Shown in pieces: positions 19,916 to 29,629 of a DNA stretch of 64,000 nucleotides (the stretch's first letter is position 1; every line of letters begins with the position of its first letter). The notes beneath the pieces are model-generated. The model saw only the letters and a list, made by a program, of their open reading frames with translations. It was not told the origin of the DNA and ran no database searches. The stretch is taken from NCBI GenBank assembly GCA_903821635.1, contig CAIJLV010000183.1, positions 97,542 to 161,541 on the forward strand, written 5' to 3'. Made by a program: the position numbers and the translations under genes. The stretch comes from an uncultured Verrucomicrobiota bacterium (GTDB lineage Bacteria; Verrucomicrobiota; Verrucomicrobiia; Limisphaerales; UBA9464).

Positions 19916-20196
19916 TGAACTGGAACCGAATCACTGGGCCGCGGCGCGGCCCCACCGCCGACCCGATTCAAACCCTGCGGCGGGCGCTCTTCCAACGCTA
20001 TGCCGGCGCGGTCGCCGCGGTGCGGCGCGAAGTGGGTCGCCTGTTGGCGGAGGCCGAGGCGGAGGCTCGGACCACGCCGTTTCCCGAGTTGATTTTCCCG
20101 CTGCTGGCGGAGGAGAAGCTGCTGGCCCTGTCCGCTGGGCGCGGGCGTCCGCTATGGCTCCGGCCCCAGTCAGAAGAAATCGCGTTTGGGGCCTGA
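19916..20196 (+). CDS. Small hypothetical protein (93 aa)
   Basis: Open frame between tetR and the adaptor gene. I prefer ATG at 19916 because the ATG at 19888 sits inside the O2 repeat. No family recognised. Confidence 0.35.
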
Positions 20197-20236
20197 CCCG
20201 CGGGGGGGCGGAATTTTTACAAACTCAAAGAACCTA

Positions 20237-21403
20237 ATGAACTGGAACCAAACTGTCTGGCCGTTGCTGCTCCTGAGCGTCTCGGCGTGGGGCTTGACCG
20301 GCTGCAATTCCCAATCCCCGCCGGCCGCCGCCGGATCGCCCCCGCCTCCCGCGGTCACGGTGGCTCCGGTCGAGGAGCGTGAATGGGTCGAGACCGAGGA
20401 ATTTGTCGGCCGCACGGAGGCGGTGGAACACGTCGAAATCCGGCCCCGGGTTTCCGGTTACCTGCAGGAAGTCCGCTTTCAATCCGGCCAGCGGGTGAAG
20501 CAGGGCGACGTGCTTTTCGTGATTGATCCCCGCACCCGCCAGGCGGCGTTGGCGCGGGCGGAGGCGGACGTGCTCCGGGCGCGCAGCACGCTGCAAAATG
20601 CGCAAGCCGAGGCGGCGCGAGTGGAGCGATTGCTCGGCACGAAGGCGATTTCCAAGGAAGAAGCCGACACCCGCCTTTGGAAGGTGGCGGACGCGCAATC
20701 GGTCCTGCTCTCTGCGGAGGCCGCCCGCGACTCCGCCCGGCTAGAGCTCGAATTCTGCGAGGTGAAATCACCGGTTAACGGCCAGGTAAGCCGGGCCCTG
20801 ATCACGCCGGGCAACAATGTCAGCGGCGTCGATGGCGCCACCAGCTTGCTGACGACGGTGGTGTCCTTGGACCCCGTTTACGTGCTGAGCGACGTGGCCG
20901 AGGCCACGATTCTGCGGTTTAAGCGCTTTACCCAAGCGGCCGGGCCCGCCACGAACGCATCGGCCCGGCTCGCGGTGCGGATGGCGTTGGCGGACGAGGT
21001 GGATTTTCCGCGCGCCGGCCACATTGAGTCGATGGATAACCGGCTGAACCCGGACACGGGCAGCCTCTTGGTGCGCTCGGTCTTTCCCAACCCGGATGGT
21101 CTGCTGCTGCCTGGCTTGTTTGTGCGGGTGAAAATCCCCGTCGGCCAACCGAGTCGGGCCTTATTCATCAATGACCGGGCCATCGGCACCGACCAGAGCC
21201 AGAAGTTTGTCCTCGTGCTGACCGCGTCTAACACCGTGGCTTATCGCCCGGTGAAACTCGGCCCGAGCAGCGGCGGCCAACGCGTCGTGCGCCAGGGCTT
21301 GCACGCGGGCGAGCAAGTGGTCGTCAACGGACTTCAACGGGTGCGTCCGGGCATGCCGGTGACGCCGGCGCCGGAGCCTCAGTTGACGGTGGCTCAGCCG
21401 TGA
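20237..21403 (+). CDS. Efflux RND periplasmic adaptor subunit (MFP/HlyD family), lipoprotein
   Basis: Lipobox LTGC, RVSGYLQEVRFQSGQRVKQGDVLFVIDP, coiled-coil hairpin and C-terminal beta-barrel blocks. Confidence 0.9.
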   Translation: MNWNQTVWPLLLLSVSAWGLTGCNSQSPPAAAGSPPPPAVTVAPVEEREWVETEEFVGRTEAVEHVEIRPRVSGYLQEVRFQSGQRVKQGDVLFVIDPRTRQAALARAEADVLRARSTLQNAQAEAARVERLLGTKAISKEEADTRLWKVADAQSVLLSAEAARDSARLELEFCEVKSPVNGQVSRALITPGNNVSGVDGATSLLTTVVSLDPVYVLSDVAEATILRFKRFTQAAGPATNASARLAVRMALADEVDFPRAGHIESMDNRLNPDTGSLLVRSVFPNPDGLLLPGLFVRVKIPVGQPSRALFINDRAIGTDQSQKFVLVLTASNTVAYRPVKLGPSSGGQRVVRQGLHAGEQVVVNGLQRVRPGMPVTPAPEPQLTVAQP

Positions 21404-21491
21404 ACCTGTCCCGGCCCGAGGGTCTGCGCACCGTCGGGCCGGCTTCCCTCAATCCTGATTCTGTCTCGTCTCCCCTGCGGCTGCCGTGCCC

Positions 21492-24400
21492 ATGAACTTT
21501 TCCCATTTTTTCATCCAACGCCCGATTTTCGCCGGCGTGCTGTCCATCGTGACGTTCCTCGTCGGCGCGCTGGCGATGTTTCGCCTGCCGATCAGTGAAT
21601 ACCCGGAGGTCGTGCCGCCCACCATTGTGGTCATGGCCGCGTATCCGGGTGCGAACCCCAAGACCATCGCCGAAACGGTCGCCGCGCCGCTCGAACAGGC
21701 CATCAATGGCGTCGAGAAGTCGCTCTACATGTTTTCTCAGGCGACGAGTGACGGGGTGATGACGCTGACGGTGACCTTTCAGCTCGGCGCCAACATCGAC
21801 GACGCCCAAGTCCAAGTGCAGAACCGGGTGGCCCAAGCGCTGCCCAAATTGCCCGAGGAAGTCCGCCGCCTCGGGGTCACCACGACGAAGCAATCACCCG
21901 ACCTGACGATGGTGGTGCACCTCACTTCACCGGGCGGGCGCTACGACGAAATCTACCTCCGCAACTACGCCTCGCTCCAGGTGAAGGACGTGTTGGCCCG
22001 CATTCCCGGTGCGGGTTCGGTGCAGCTTTTCGGTTCCGGCGATTACGCCATGCGCGTGTGGCTCGATCCCGACAAGGCCGCCGCGCGGGGACTGACCGCG
22101 AGTGAAATTGTGGCCGCCATCCGGGAGCAAAACGTGCAGGTCGCCGCCGGGGGCATCGGCCAGCAGCCGGTAAGCCGCCGCGTGGACACCGAACTGCTCA
22201 TTAACGCCAAGGGGCGCCTGCTCGACGTGGAGGAGTTTGGCAACATCATCGTCAAGACCGGGGCCCACGGCGAACGCACCCGGCTGAAGGATCTGGCGCG
22301 CTTGGAATTGGGTGCGTCCGGTTATGCCCTGCGCGCCCAGCTCAACAACCAATCGGCGGTCGCCATTCCCATTTTTCAAGCGCCCGGCGCAAACGCACTC
22401 CAGCTCTCCAGCGACGTGCGCAAGGCGATGGAGGAGTTGAAGCAGACCTTCCCGGACGGCGTGGAGTATTCCGTCGTCTATGACCCGACGGTGTTCGTGC
22501 GCGATTCCATCAAGGCCGTCGTCGTCACGTTGTTCGAAGCCATCGTGCTGGTGGTGATCGTGGTCATCCTCTTCCTCCAGACTTGGCGGGCCTCGATCAT
22601 TCCGCTGGCCGCCGTGCCGGTGTCGTTGGTGGGCACTTTTGCGGTCATGCTCGCGCTCGGGTTCAGCATCAACAACCTCACCCTCTTCGGCCTCGTGCTG
22701 GCGATCGGTATCGTGGTGGATGACGCCATCGTCGTGGTGGAAAACGTGGAACGAAACATCGCGCTCGGCCGGTCTCCGATCGAGGCGACGAAACGGGCGA
22801 TGGCGGAAGTCACCGGCCCAATCATCGCGATCGCCCTCGTGCTGTGTGCGGTGTTTGTCCCGACGGCGTTCATCACCGGCTTGACCGGTCAGTTCTACAA
22901 GCAGTTCGCCATCACCATCGCGATCTCGACCGTCATCTCGGCCTTCAATTCGCTGACGCTTTCACCTGCCCTCTGCGCCGTGCTGCTCCAGGGCCATCAC
23001 GAACCCAAGGACGGCTTGTCGCGGTTCATGAACCGGGCTTTGGGTTGGTTGTTCCGCCCGTTCAACCGCTTCTTTGAATGGTCCGGCCAAAAGTATGGCG
23101 CGAGCGTCGGGGGTATCCTCCGCAAAAGCTCCATCGTCCTCGTGCTCTACGCCGGCCTCGTCGGGCTGACCGGCTGGAGTTTCCTGAAGGTGCCCACCGG
23201 CTTTGTGCCGACGCAGGACAAACAATACCTGGTCGCCTTTGCGCAATTGCCCGACGCGGCCTCCCTCGACCGCTCCGACGCGGTGCTCAAGCGGATGACG
23301 GAACTCGCGCTCAAAGTGCCCGGCGTCCAGGACTCCATCGCCTTTCCCGGCCTCAGCATCAGCGGTTTCAGCGTCGCCCCGAATGCCGGCATCGTCTTTG
23401 TCGGCCTCCAGCCCTTCCACGAACGCCGGTCGAAGGAGTTGAGCGGCCCGGCGATTGCGGCGCGGTTGAACCAGGAATTCACCGCCATCCAAGACGCCTT
23501 CGTCCTCGCGGTGATGCCGCCCGCAGTGAACGGCATGGGCACGGTCGGCGGCTTCAAACTCTACGTCGAAGACCGCGCCGGGCTCGGTTACGACACGCTC
23601 TACCAAAACACCCAGGCGCTCGTGGGCCAGAGCTACCAGACGCCTGGGCTCGCCGGCGTCTTCTCCGGCTTCACGGTCAACGTGCCCCAGCTCGACGCGG
23701 AGATCGACCGCGAGAAGGCCAAGGCGCAGGGCGTGCCGCTGCAAAATCTCTTCGAGACGATGCAGGTGTATCTCGGCTCCCTCTACGTGAATGACTTCAA
23801 CCTCTTCGGCCGCACCTACCAAGTCGTCGCCCAAGCGGATGCCCCCTTCCGCGATGAACCCGCCGACCTCACTCGGCTCAAGACCCGCAACGCCCGGGGC
23901 GAAATGGTCCCACTCGGCACCCTGATTAAGGTGCAGGAATCCTACGGCCCTGACCGCGCCATGCGTTACAACGGCTATCCCGCCGCCGAGATCATGGGCA
24001 ATCCCGCCCCCGGGTTCAGCTCTGGGCAGGCGGAAAACGCCATGGCCCGGCTGGTCGCGGCAAACCTGCCCAAGGGCATGGCCTTCGAGTGGACCGACCT
24101 GACCTATCAGCGGATTCTCTCCGGCAATTCGGCGATCTTCATCTACCCGCTGTGCCTGCTCCTCGTGTTCCTTGTGCTCGCGGCGCAATACGAGAGCTTC
24201 CGCCTGCCGCTGGCCATCATCCTAGTCGTCCCACTGTGCCTGCTCTTCGCCATCGCCGGGGTTTACCTGAGCAAGGGCGACAACAACATCTTCACCCAGA
24301 TCGGCCTGATTGTGCTCATCGGTCTGGCCTGCAAGAACGCGATCCTGATCGTCGAATTTGCCAAAGCCCGGCAGGACGAAGGCGCGTCCGCCTTTGACGC

Positions 24401-26126
24401 CGCCGTCGAAGCCTGCCGGCTGCGGTTGCGCCCGATCCTGATGACTTCGATCGCGTTCATCGCCGGGGTCTTCCCGCTCGTCATCGCCCACGGCGCCGGG
24501 GCTGAAATGCGCCAAGCCATGGGCGTGGCCGTCTTTGCCGGCATGATCGGGGTGACGCTCTTCGGCCTCCTCCTGACCCCCGTGTTCTACGTGGTGCTCA
24601 TGAAATCATGGCGCCCGAAGCCGGCTCCCACTACGCCGGCGGCGGGCCTGAAAGCCGGCCCCGGAACCCTCGTCGCCGGCGCGATCCTCCTCGGCGGACT
24701 CGGCCTCCTCCTGACGCCGGCGGCGCAGGCCGGCCCGCTCACCGTCGGCCCGGATTACGTCCGGCCGACCAACACCCCGCCCGCCCACTACAAGGCCACC
24801 GAACTCGGCGCTTGGAAGGAAGGGCGGCCGCTCGACACGCAGTCGAAGGGCGCTTGGTGGACCGTCTTTGGCGACGCCCCGCTGGACGAACTCGAACAGC
24901 AGGCGGGCGTCGCGAACCAAGCCCTCAAGGCAGCACTGGCCCGGGTGGAACAAGCCCGGGCCACCGCCCGCGTCAGCCGCAGCGAATTTATGCCGAGCCT
25001 CGACTTCAACCCGAGCGGCCGGCGCGAACGCTACTCGCCGAACCAAGTGCCGGCCTTCGGCAACATGACCGCTAACACCCTGCGGGTGCCGTTGGACCTG
25101 AGCTACGAAATCGATCTTTGGGGTCGGGTTCGCCGCGGGTTCGAGGGCGCGCGGGCCGACGCCCAAGCCTCGCTGGCGGCGTTCCACAGCGGGCTGCTCA
25201 CGTTGCAGGCCGACCTCGCGCAAAATTACTTCCGCCTGCGGGCCTTGGATGCCGAGCTGGCGGCCGTGGCGGGCACGCTGCGCTTCCGGCGCGAGCAGGT
25301 GGACTTGGTGCGCAGCCGGCTCGAAGGCGGCATCGGCAACGAACTCGACGTCGCCCGAGCCACGACCGAACTCGCGACCGCCGAAGCCGATGCCGCCGGG
25401 CTCGAACGGAACCGTGCCGAACTGGAAAACGCCTTGGCCATCCTCGTCGGGGCTAATCCGGCGACGTTCAGGCTGGCGGCGTTGGCCGCCCCGGGGCCGA
25501 ACTGGAATCCCACCCCGCCGAGCGTGCCGGCCGGCTTGCCCGCCGACCTGCTGGAGCGGCGGCCCGACGTGGCGGAGGCGGAACGGCAGCTCGCGGCGGC
25601 CAACGCCCGCATCGGTTTGGCCAAGGCAGCGTTTTTCCCCGTGGTCCGCCTCACGGGTTCGGCGGGTTACCTCAGCGGGGACATCGATAGCCTGTTCAAT
25701 TGGGACAGTCGCGTGTGGTCCGTCGGCCCGAGCGTTTCCCTGCCGATCTTCGCCGTAGCTCGCAATCAGGCGAAACTCCGGCGCAGCCGGGCGGAATTCG
25801 AGGAATCGGTAGCCAACTACCGGCAGCGCGTGCTGGTCGCCTTTGGAGAAGTAGAGACCAGTCTCGCCAGCCTGCATTTCCTGGCCCGGCAGGCCGAGGC
25901 GCAGGCGCGGGCCTTGGCGGGCGCTCGCCAAGCTTCGGAGTTGGCGGACGAGCGTTACCGCGCCGGCCTCGTCAATTACCACGAGGTCGTGGACGCCAAC
26001 CGCATCGCCTTCCAAGTCGAGCGCGGCACCGCCCAACTCGCGGGCCAGCGGCTGCTGGCCACGGTGCAACTGGTGAAGGCGCTCGGCGGCGGTTGGCACG
26101 AGCAGACGCTCGCCCCCGGGCGGTGA
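21492..26126 (+). CDS. RND efflux permease (HAE1/AcrB-type, about 1036 aa) fused in frame to a NodT-type outer-membrane factor (about 508 aa)
   Basis: MNFSHFFIQRPIFAGV... through ...LLLTPVFYVVL is a full 12-TM AcrB-like module. It continues without a stop into MKSWRPK...LLTPAAQAGPLTVGPDY... and a full OMF (two TolC-like repeats) ending ...QLVKALGGGW. Confidence 0.85.
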   Translation: MNFSHFFIQRPIFAGVLSIVTFLVGALAMFRLPISEYPEVVPPTIVVMAAYPGANPKTIAETVAAPLEQAINGVEKSLYMFSQATSDGVMTLTVTFQLGANIDDAQVQVQNRVAQALPKLPEEVRRLGVTTTKQSPDLTMVVHLTSPGGRYDEIYLRNYASLQVKDVLARIPGAGSVQLFGSGDYAMRVWLDPDKAAARGLTASEIVAAIREQNVQVAAGGIGQQPVSRRVDTELLINAKGRLLDVEEFGNIIVKTGAHGERTRLKDLARLELGASGYALRAQLNNQSAVAIPIFQAPGANALQLSSDVRKAMEELKQTFPDGVEYSVVYDPTVFVRDSIKAVVVTLFEAIVLVVIVVILFLQTWRASIIPLAAVPVSLVGTFAVMLALGFSINNLTLFGLVLAIGIVVDDAIVVVENVERNIALGRSPIEATKRAMAEVTGPIIAIALVLCAVFVPTAFITGLTGQFYKQFAITIAISTVISAFNSLTLSPALCAVLLQGHHEPKDGLSRFMNRALGWLFRPFNRFFEWSGQKYGASVGGILRKSSIVLVLYAGLVGLTGWSFLKVPTGFVPTQDKQYLVAFAQLPDAASLDRSDAVLKRMTELALKVPGVQDSIAFPGLSISGFSVAPNAGIVFVGLQPFHERRSKELSGPAIAARLNQEFTAIQDAFVLAVMPPAVNGMGTVGGFKLYVEDRAGLGYDTLYQNTQALVGQSYQTPGLAGVFSGFTVNVPQLDAEIDREKAKAQGVPLQNLFETMQVYLGSLYVNDFNLFGRTYQVVAQADAPFRDEPADLTRLKTRNARGEMVPLGTLIKVQESYGPDRAMRYNGYPAAEIMGNPAPGFSSGQAENAMARLVAANLPKGMAFEWTDLTYQRILSGNSAIFIYPLCLLLVFLVLAAQYESFRLPLAIILVVPLCLLFAIAGVYLSKGDNNIFTQIGLIVLIGLACKNAILIVEFAKARQDEGASAFDAAVEACRLRLRPILMTSIAFIAGVFPLVIAHGAGAEMRQAMGVAVFAGMIGVTLFGLLLTPVFYVVLMKSWRPKPAPTTPAAGLKAGPGTLVAGAILLGGLGLLLTPAAQAGPLTVGPDYVRPTNTPPAHYKATELGAWKEGRPLDTQSKGAWWTVFGDAPLDELEQQAGVANQALKAALARVEQARATARVSRSEFMPSLDFNPSGRRERYSPNQVPAFGNMTANTLRVPLDLSYEIDLWGRVRRGFEGARADAQASLAAFHSGLLTLQADLAQNYFRLRALDAELAAVAGTLRFRREQVDLVRSRLEGGIGNELDVARATTELATAEADAAGLERNRAELENALAILVGANPATFRLAALAAPGPNWNPTPPSVPAGLPADLLERRPDVAEAERQLAAANARIGLAKAAFFPVVRLTGSAGYLSGDIDSLFNWDSRVWSVGPSVSLPIFAVARNQAKLRRSRAEFEESVANYRQRVLVAFGEVETSLASLHFLARQAEAQARALAGARQASELADERYRAGLVNYHEVVDANRIAFQVERGTAQLAGQRLLATVQLVKALGGGWHEQTLAPGR

Positions 26127-26145
26127 GCCGCGGGGCGCGGGCGGA

Positions 26146-27033
26146 TTACTTGTGCAAGTCGGATACGCCGCGGGGGAGATTCCGCAGGGCGTTGACCTCG
26201 CGCAGGGTCAGCGCCCCGTCAAAGACCGCGAGGTCGTCCAGCCAGCCGGTGTAGTTGAAGCCCAGCATCATGAGCGCTTCGTCGGGCTTCCAGGTCCACG
26301 TCTGTTCGCGCGGGCTGAGTTCGCCTTTCAGGCCGCCGTCGAGGTAGAGCCGGGCGACGCCGTCGGCCTTGCCCGTGTTGAACTTTTCCCAAGTGAACAC
26401 GACGTGCGTCCAGCGATCGCGGGAGAACGGCGGATTCCACACGGGCACCAGCGGTTTTTCCGCCATCGGAATGTCCTCCCATTTCCGGTTGTCGGGATTC
26501 CAGACCGGGAAATCGGCGTAGGCGCCGAGGCGGAATTCGCGGGGTTTTTCGTCTTTGGTAAATTCGGTGAAGAAGGCCGCGTTGTTCCAATCCTTGGATG
26601 TGATCTGGATCGGGTCGCAGAAGCCGGGTTCCAGGTCTTCGTCCGGATTCAGCCGGAGCCAGAAGGAGACGGAGCCACTCCAATTCCGGTCGTTATACGG
26701 CAGGTTGCCGGCGGCTTTGAAGGCGACGAGTTCCTTGATCCGCCGGTCGAACCGCAGCGCGCTGCCATACCGGCCCTGCTGGAAGGCGAGGCTCACCGAG
26801 GCGGGCGGCAGGCCGGGCTGCATGACCCGCGGATGGCTCCATTGCGGGGCCCAGTGGAGGCGCTTGTCCCCCTTGGCAAACCGGGCATCCGCCGAGTCGT
26901 CAAACGGGGCGTGGAACCGGAGCGAAAGCCCGAGGGTGCGCCGGGCGGCGTAAGGCACGGGATCGCTGGCCACCGCGGTCACGGTGCTGGCGACCAAGAG
27001 GGCACAGAGCAGGGAGGTGGAGGGGGAATTCAT
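26146..27033 (-). CDS. Secreted LamG/concanavalin-A-like lectin domain protein
   Basis: Signal peptide and C-terminal LDDLAVFDGALTLREV, a typical LamG-fold ending. Confidence 0.65.
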   Translation of the reverse strand: MNSPSTSLLCALLVASTVTAVASDPVPYAARRTLGLSLRFHAPFDDSADARFAKGDKRLHWAPQWSHPRVMQPGLPPASVSLAFQQGRYGSALRFDRRIKELVAFKAAGNLPYNDRNWSGSVSFWLRLNPDEDLEPGFCDPIQITSKDWNNAAFFTEFTKDEKPREFRLGAYADFPVWNPDNRKWEDIPMAEKPLVPVWNPPFSRDRWTHVVFTWEKFNTGKADGVARLYLDGGLKGELSPREQTWTWKPDEALMMLGFNYTGWLDDLAVFDGALTLREVNALRNLPRGVSDLHK

Positions 27034-27050
27034 GGCGGTTGGGGCTGACG

Positions 27051-28121
27051 TTAGGGGAGGAGGTCGGATTCGGAAAACACGGCCTGTTGGACCACCGTGC
27101 GTTCGTGCGACGTGAACATGACGTGGATCTTGCCGTCCCGCGTCTGGATCGCCGTCGGGTAACCGTAGTCTCCCTTGGACTCCGCGATCAGATCACGCCG
27201 GTGGGGAAACGTCTTCGCACCATCGGTCGAAAGTGCCACCGATAAGGGCGTGCGATCCGAGAAACTACGGTTGTAAACCAATAGGTGGTGGCCGCTTTGC
27301 AAACGCAGGAAGTCCACGGCGGCATTCGGATTCGGGAATTCGGAATCTTGGCCCGGGCTCCACGTCTTGCCGGCGTCGCGCGATTCGGTGCGCACCAGCC
27401 AGCCATCGGGTTGGCCGTCGTAATTGCCCCCGCGGCGGCAGAATGCGACCAAGTGGTCACCGGCAATCCAAGCCGGGGCTGGCTGAATGTTGCCCAAGCG
27501 GGAGCGGACCCGGTTGGATTCGGTCCATTGGCCGGTCGCCGGGTGGTAGCGGAGGAAGTAGGACGTGCAGTCCGGGCCGACGGATTCGGGATCGTTGCCG
27601 ACCTCGTGATAGACCGGGAGCAGGTAGTCGCCGTCCGGCAGGACGAGGGGCCGGTTCCGGACCATCGTGCCGGCTTCAAACGTGAGCTGAAACGGCTCCG
27701 ACCACGTCCGGGCGCCGTCGCGGGAGATCTTCGCGGTGATGCGTGAACTGTCCCACAGCTCCCCGTAGCGGGTGACGTAGAAGAGCCAGACGACCCCGTC
27801 CGGCGCCTGCCACGGAATGGCGTTGCCGAGCGCGTAAAACGGGTTGGCGGCGATCTTGACCGGTTTGGACCACCGTTTGGAGCCGCGCTTTTGCCGCGCC
27901 CCAAACACCGCGGCGGCGTTGTCCTTGTATTCGCCGTGCCCGCTGAAAAAGGCGACGAAGAGATCGCCATTGGCCAATTCCGTGAGGCTGGCGGGGTGTT
28001 TGTAATCGCCGGTCGGAATCTCGGGTCCGAACAAGCGCTCCAAGCGCAGGCTGTCCGCCACGACGGGGGCGAGGGTGACCCACCACAGGAAGGCCAGCGT
28101 GAGCCAGCGCAGGGATTTCAT
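27051..28121 (-). CDS. Exo-alpha-sialidase / BNR-repeat glycosyl hydrolase
   Basis: Three Asp-box motifs (SRDGARTWS, SRDAGKTWS, STDGAKTF). Signal peptide from ATG at 28121. Confidence 0.8.
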   Translation of the reverse strand: MKSLRWLTLAFLWWVTLAPVVADSLRLERLFGPEIPTGDYKHPASLTELANGDLFVAFFSGHGEYKDNAAAVFGARQKRGSKRWSKPVKIAANPFYALGNAIPWQAPDGVVWLFYVTRYGELWDSSRITAKISRDGARTWSEPFQLTFEAGTMVRNRPLVLPDGDYLLPVYHEVGNDPESVGPDCTSYFLRYHPATGQWTESNRVRSRLGNIQPAPAWIAGDHLVAFCRRGGNYDGQPDGWLVRTESRDAGKTWSPGQDSEFPNPNAAVDFLRLQSGHHLLVYNRSFSDRTPLSVALSTDGAKTFPHRRDLIAESKGDYGYPTAIQTRDGKIHVMFTSHERTVVQQAVFSESDLLP

Positions 28122-28191
28122 GGGGCGAGCGTAACCAGAACCCTCCGGTTGAAAAGACACCATCCGCCCCGCGGCGGTGCCGGGTCGCCGA

Positions 28192-28422
28192 CTACGGGCC
28201 CACTTCCGGGCGGTCGAGGTGCGGGCCGGAGTCGAGTTCGTCAAAGCCCTCGAAATCACCGGGGCGAAGTTCGCGGCTGATCTTGTGCTCCTCGCCAAAC
28301 CACTGGCCGAGGTCGATGAGCCGGCAGCGGGGGCTGCAAAAGGGGCCCGTGGGGGTCGCCAACCACGCGCCGCGTTCGCGGCAGCGGGGGCACTTGACCA
28401 GCAGGGTGGTGAGCTCGCTCAT
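28192..28422 (-). CDS. yacG: DNA gyrase inhibitor YacG (zinc-binding)
   Basis: CPRC...PFCSPRCRLIDLGQW is the YacG signature. Confidence 0.8.
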   Translation of the reverse strand: MSELTTLLVKCPRCRERGAWLATPTGPFCSPRCRLIDLGQWFGEEHKISRELRPGDFEGFDELDSGPHLDRPEVGP

Positions 28423-28616
28423 GAGGTCAACGCTGGCGGCCACCGGAGTTCCGGCCCGCGGTAAATTCCCACATCGTTTTCACGGCGTGAAGTTAAGCCC
28501 GCCGCGGCTGCGGTCCATTCCTAGCTTGAGCCCGGGCCGAAAGTTTCCCGGGAGCAATCCGCTGCGGGCATTTCGCCGCGGGCCGCCGGGTGCCCCGGCA
28601 AACACGGCGGGCCGTT

Positions 28617-29432
28617 TCATGGCTGCCACACGCGGACCAACGGAGTGGGACGGCGCTCCCAACCCGGCGGCACCGGCTCGTCGGCGCGCAGATAACGCCG
28701 GCTTCGTGCCTCGCCCGGTTGGTGGCATTCGTAGAGGGCCACCGGCTGCGCCGTCGGCGGGGCACTGAAGTTGGGGCGGCGTGTCAGTTCCAGGGCGCCG
28801 CCCTCCGTTTCGTCCGTGCGCTGCCAGCGACCGGTCCAGCCAGTCGCCGTGTCGGTCAGCCGGAGTTGGTAGGTGTCGCTGAGGTAGCGGACTTCCAGCG
28901 TGAGTTGCCGGGCTTGCACCCAACCCGACTCAACGAAGGCAAAGCGGTAGTCGGTATTCTGGTCGAAGCGGGCCGCCACCCGTTCGCCGTCCACGGCCAG
29001 CTCCAGCGCCAGTCGATGGGTCGCCCCATCGGCGCGGGTGGCGGCGGCGGCCCAATGGCCGGCAAGCCGTAGGGCGTTGGTTTCGCCCTCGGCGGGCAAC
29101 CCGAAGAAGAGCGGTTCCGAAAAATTCTCCTGGCCCCGCCCCGGCAGGCGGCGCAATTCGGTGAACCCCGTTTTCTCCACCGCAAACACGGGCACCAAGC
29201 CGGGCGGCCACGCTGCCGAAACCACGGCTTGAAACGTCGCGGTCGTCCCCGGCTCCAAGCCTACCTTGAACGGCCCGCCCGCGGGGTCCGCAGTGGCGCG
29301 GTGAAAGGGTGTGAGCGCCGGGGCCGTTGACTCGGCCGCCAGCGGATGGGCAACCCATCCGCCCACGAGTGCGACCCAAAGAAGGACCACCCGCCGACGC
29401 AGGGCGGGGCGGGGATTTCCAGGGCTGGTCAT
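28617..29432 (-). CDS. Secreted hypothetical protein
   Basis: ATG at 29432 gives a signal-like N-terminus (RRRVVLLWVALVGGWVAHPLAA). The longer ORF-track N-terminus is Arg/Pro-rich and looks non-coding. Confidence 0.5.
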   Translation of the reverse strand: MTSPGNPRPALRRRVVLLWVALVGGWVAHPLAAESTAPALTPFHRATADPAGGPFKVGLEPGTTATFQAVVSAAWPPGLVPVFAVEKTGFTELRRLPGRGQENFSEPLFFGLPAEGETNALRLAGHWAAAATRADGATHRLALELAVDGERVAARFDQNTDYRFAFVESGWVQARQLTLEVRYLSDTYQLRLTDTATGWTGRWQRTDETEGGALELTRRPNFSAPPTAQPVALYECHQPGEARSRRYLRADEPVPPGWERRPTPLVRVWQP

Positions 29433-29629
29433 CGCTTGAGCGAGTTCGCGGGCTTCCGGTTCGCAGGGCTGGGGGACGGCCACCGCGGGAGGCTGAGCGT
29501 CAATCCGGCCGACGCGACCCTTTTCCAATCCAGCCAGAGCGGGGCACGCCGCGCCGCAACTGTTTCCGGGCTGAGTCACCGGGGGCGAGGGCACGGGGCG
29601 GTGGCCGGGAAGAGCTTTGCCGGCAATGG

